Under the pieces are notes generated by a model. That model saw only the letters and a program-made list of their open reading frames with translations. It made no database searches and had not been told where the DNA came from. A program made the position numbers and the translations under genes. From NCBI GenBank assembly GCA_035626705.1, contig DASPNE010000005.1, positions 45,929-109,928 on the forward strand: DNA of 64,000 nucleotides. The letters run 5' to 3'. Positions 62,941 through 64,000 of the stretch are shown here, one piece after another. This DNA is from Usitatibacter sp. (lineage in GTDB: Bacteria > Pseudomonadota > Gammaproteobacteria > Burkholderiales > Usitatibacteraceae). Positions within the stretch are counted from its first letter, which is position 1. Every line of letters begins with the position of its first letter.

Positions 62941-64000
62941 GAAGCCTCCGGGCAGATGAGGTGGGCCTTGCCGCTCCAGAGCGCGCCCAGCGTGAGCAGG
63001 GCAGGGACCACGCGAAGCAGAGCCACGCTTGCGGCGGCGGTGGCGGGGAACGTCGTGAGCCCGGCGAAGGCGCTCGAGGCGCGGACGCGAAAAGCGAGAT
63101 GCGCGCGCCATTCGCTTTGGTACCGGCGCGCCGCGGCGAGCGTATCGCGTTCGCTGCCGAGCGCCTCGGCGAGCAGCCATGCGGATTGGACCGCCATCGA
63201 GACGCCCTCGGCGATGAGCGGATGCGCCTCGCCGGCCGCGTTGCCGATGCGAAAGACGCTCGCTTCGAGGTCGCCTTCGTGCAGCAGGCGGATGCCGGGC
63301 CGGATGGGGCCGGCCGCCAGCCAGGGCGCCTCCAGGCGTGCGCCATCGAGCGCTTCGCGCACGCCGCGGCAGTGGCGCGTGATATGGGCGAGCAATGCGT
63401 CGCCCGCGCCGCGATGGCTCGCCCGCGCCGCGCGCAAGGCGCCGCGCCGGATGCAGCACGAAAGGCTCACGGTCCCCGAATCGCTCTGCACCAGCCCTCC
63501 ATAGCCGCCCGGGAAGAGCACCAGCGGCATCAGCCCGGGCGAAAGGCTTGCGCCGAGGAAGCGCGCCTTGAAGGCGAGGAGATCGCGCTCCCCCGGGCGC
63601 GTGCGACCCACGTCGAGGGGCGAGCGCTCCCAGGAGCCGTGGGCGTCGACGAGGAGGCGCCCCTGCAATTCCTCGACCCCGGAGCGCGAGTCGATGCGGA
63701 TGCGCCATGCTTGCGGCTCGCGCACGGCATGCGTGACCGATCCCGGCTGGCGCACCGCGACTCCGGCCCTGCGCGCGCGCTCGAGGAGCGCCTCGTCCAG
63801 CACATGCCGACCGATCGCCCGGCCCCAGCGCGCGCCGGCGCGAGGCGCAGGCATGGGCGCCTCGGCGACCCCCTCGCCCGCGAAGAGGCCCACCCGCGTG
63901 ACGGCCGGCCCCGCTTTGCGCTCGAGCTTCGTGGCGACGCCCAGCGCCCCGAGAAGCGGCCATGTCGCGGCCGATACGAATTCGCCGCAGACCTTCCGCC
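62937..64000 (-). CDS. FAD-dependent oxidoreductase/monooxygenase-like protein, C-terminal part (gene continues past the right edge)
   Basis: The frame is open to position 64000 (..RKVCGEFVSAATWPLLGALGVATKLERKAGPAVTRVGLFAGEG..), so the listed start at 63893 is not the real one. ..FRIGNAAGEAHPLIAEGVSMA.. is the conserved GD/GxA-type FAD motif of geranylgeranyl-reductase-like flavoproteins. Confidence 0.75.
   Translation of the reverse strand, partial: RKVCGEFVSAATWPLLGALGVATKLERKAGPAVTRVGLFAGEGVAEAPMPAPRAGARWGRAIGRHVLDEALLERARRAGVAVRQPGSVTHAVREPQAWRIRIDSRSGVEELQGRLLVDAHGSWERSPLDVGRTRPGERDLLAFKARFLGASLSPGLMPLVLFPGGYGGLVQSDSGTVSLSCCIRRGALRAARASHRGAGDALLAHITRHCRGVREALDGARLEAPWLAAGPIRPGIRLLHEGDLEASVFRIGNAAGEAHPLIAEGVSMAVQSAWLLAEALGSERDTLAAARRYQSEWRAHLAFRVRASSAFAGLTTFPATAAASVALLRVVPALLTLGALWSGKAHLICPEAS

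Overview
High-GC proteobacterial chromosome segment. It is probably betaproteobacterial, an inference from a Bug/TctC-type binding protein, a TRAP transporter and overall gene content. I call about 75 protein genes and three tRNAs (Ser-UGA, Ser-GCU, Arg-ACG); there is no rRNA and no CRISPR. The backbone is ordinary housekeeping and envelope content: lysC, rnhB, a yqjD-yqjE-yqjK stress cluster, cardiolipin synthase, MscS, AsmA, several regulators, a TRAP/PhyH/PanB-like catabolic operon, a DUF4178-DUF350-spermidine-synthase-like-FAD-oxidase cluster, and the edge of an ACP/ketosynthase lipid-type cluster. The stand-out is a 13.2-kb integrase-bearing island (24199-37390) inserted in tRNA-Arg(ACG). 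It is bounded by a perfect 45-bp direct repeat and is visibly lower in G+C. It carries a HigB/HigA-like pair plus 11 ORFs for which I recognise no named family. Among these is a tightly packed six-gene cassette (27962-32617) of three membrane proteins, two PD-(D/E)xK-like nuclease candidates and one unknown. There is also a two-gene operon (693 aa + 326 aa) and a possible proteasome-like Ntn hydrolase. I consider the cassette the best candidate for an undescribed (defence-like) system, but every functional statement about it is inference from motifs read by eye. Other notable points: a 127-bp tandem duplication carrying the 5' half of tRNA-Ser, and single-nucleotide frame disruptions in two genes flanking lysC (real pseudogenes or assembly indels). 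There are also several unusual domain fusions: SOD-like+rhodanese, an ATCase with an HTH-like N-terminal extension, and a Ser/Thr kinase+cNMP-binding domain. Start codons in this GC-rich sequence are often uncertain by tens of codons. Many long antisense ORFs in the supplied track are compositional artefacts.
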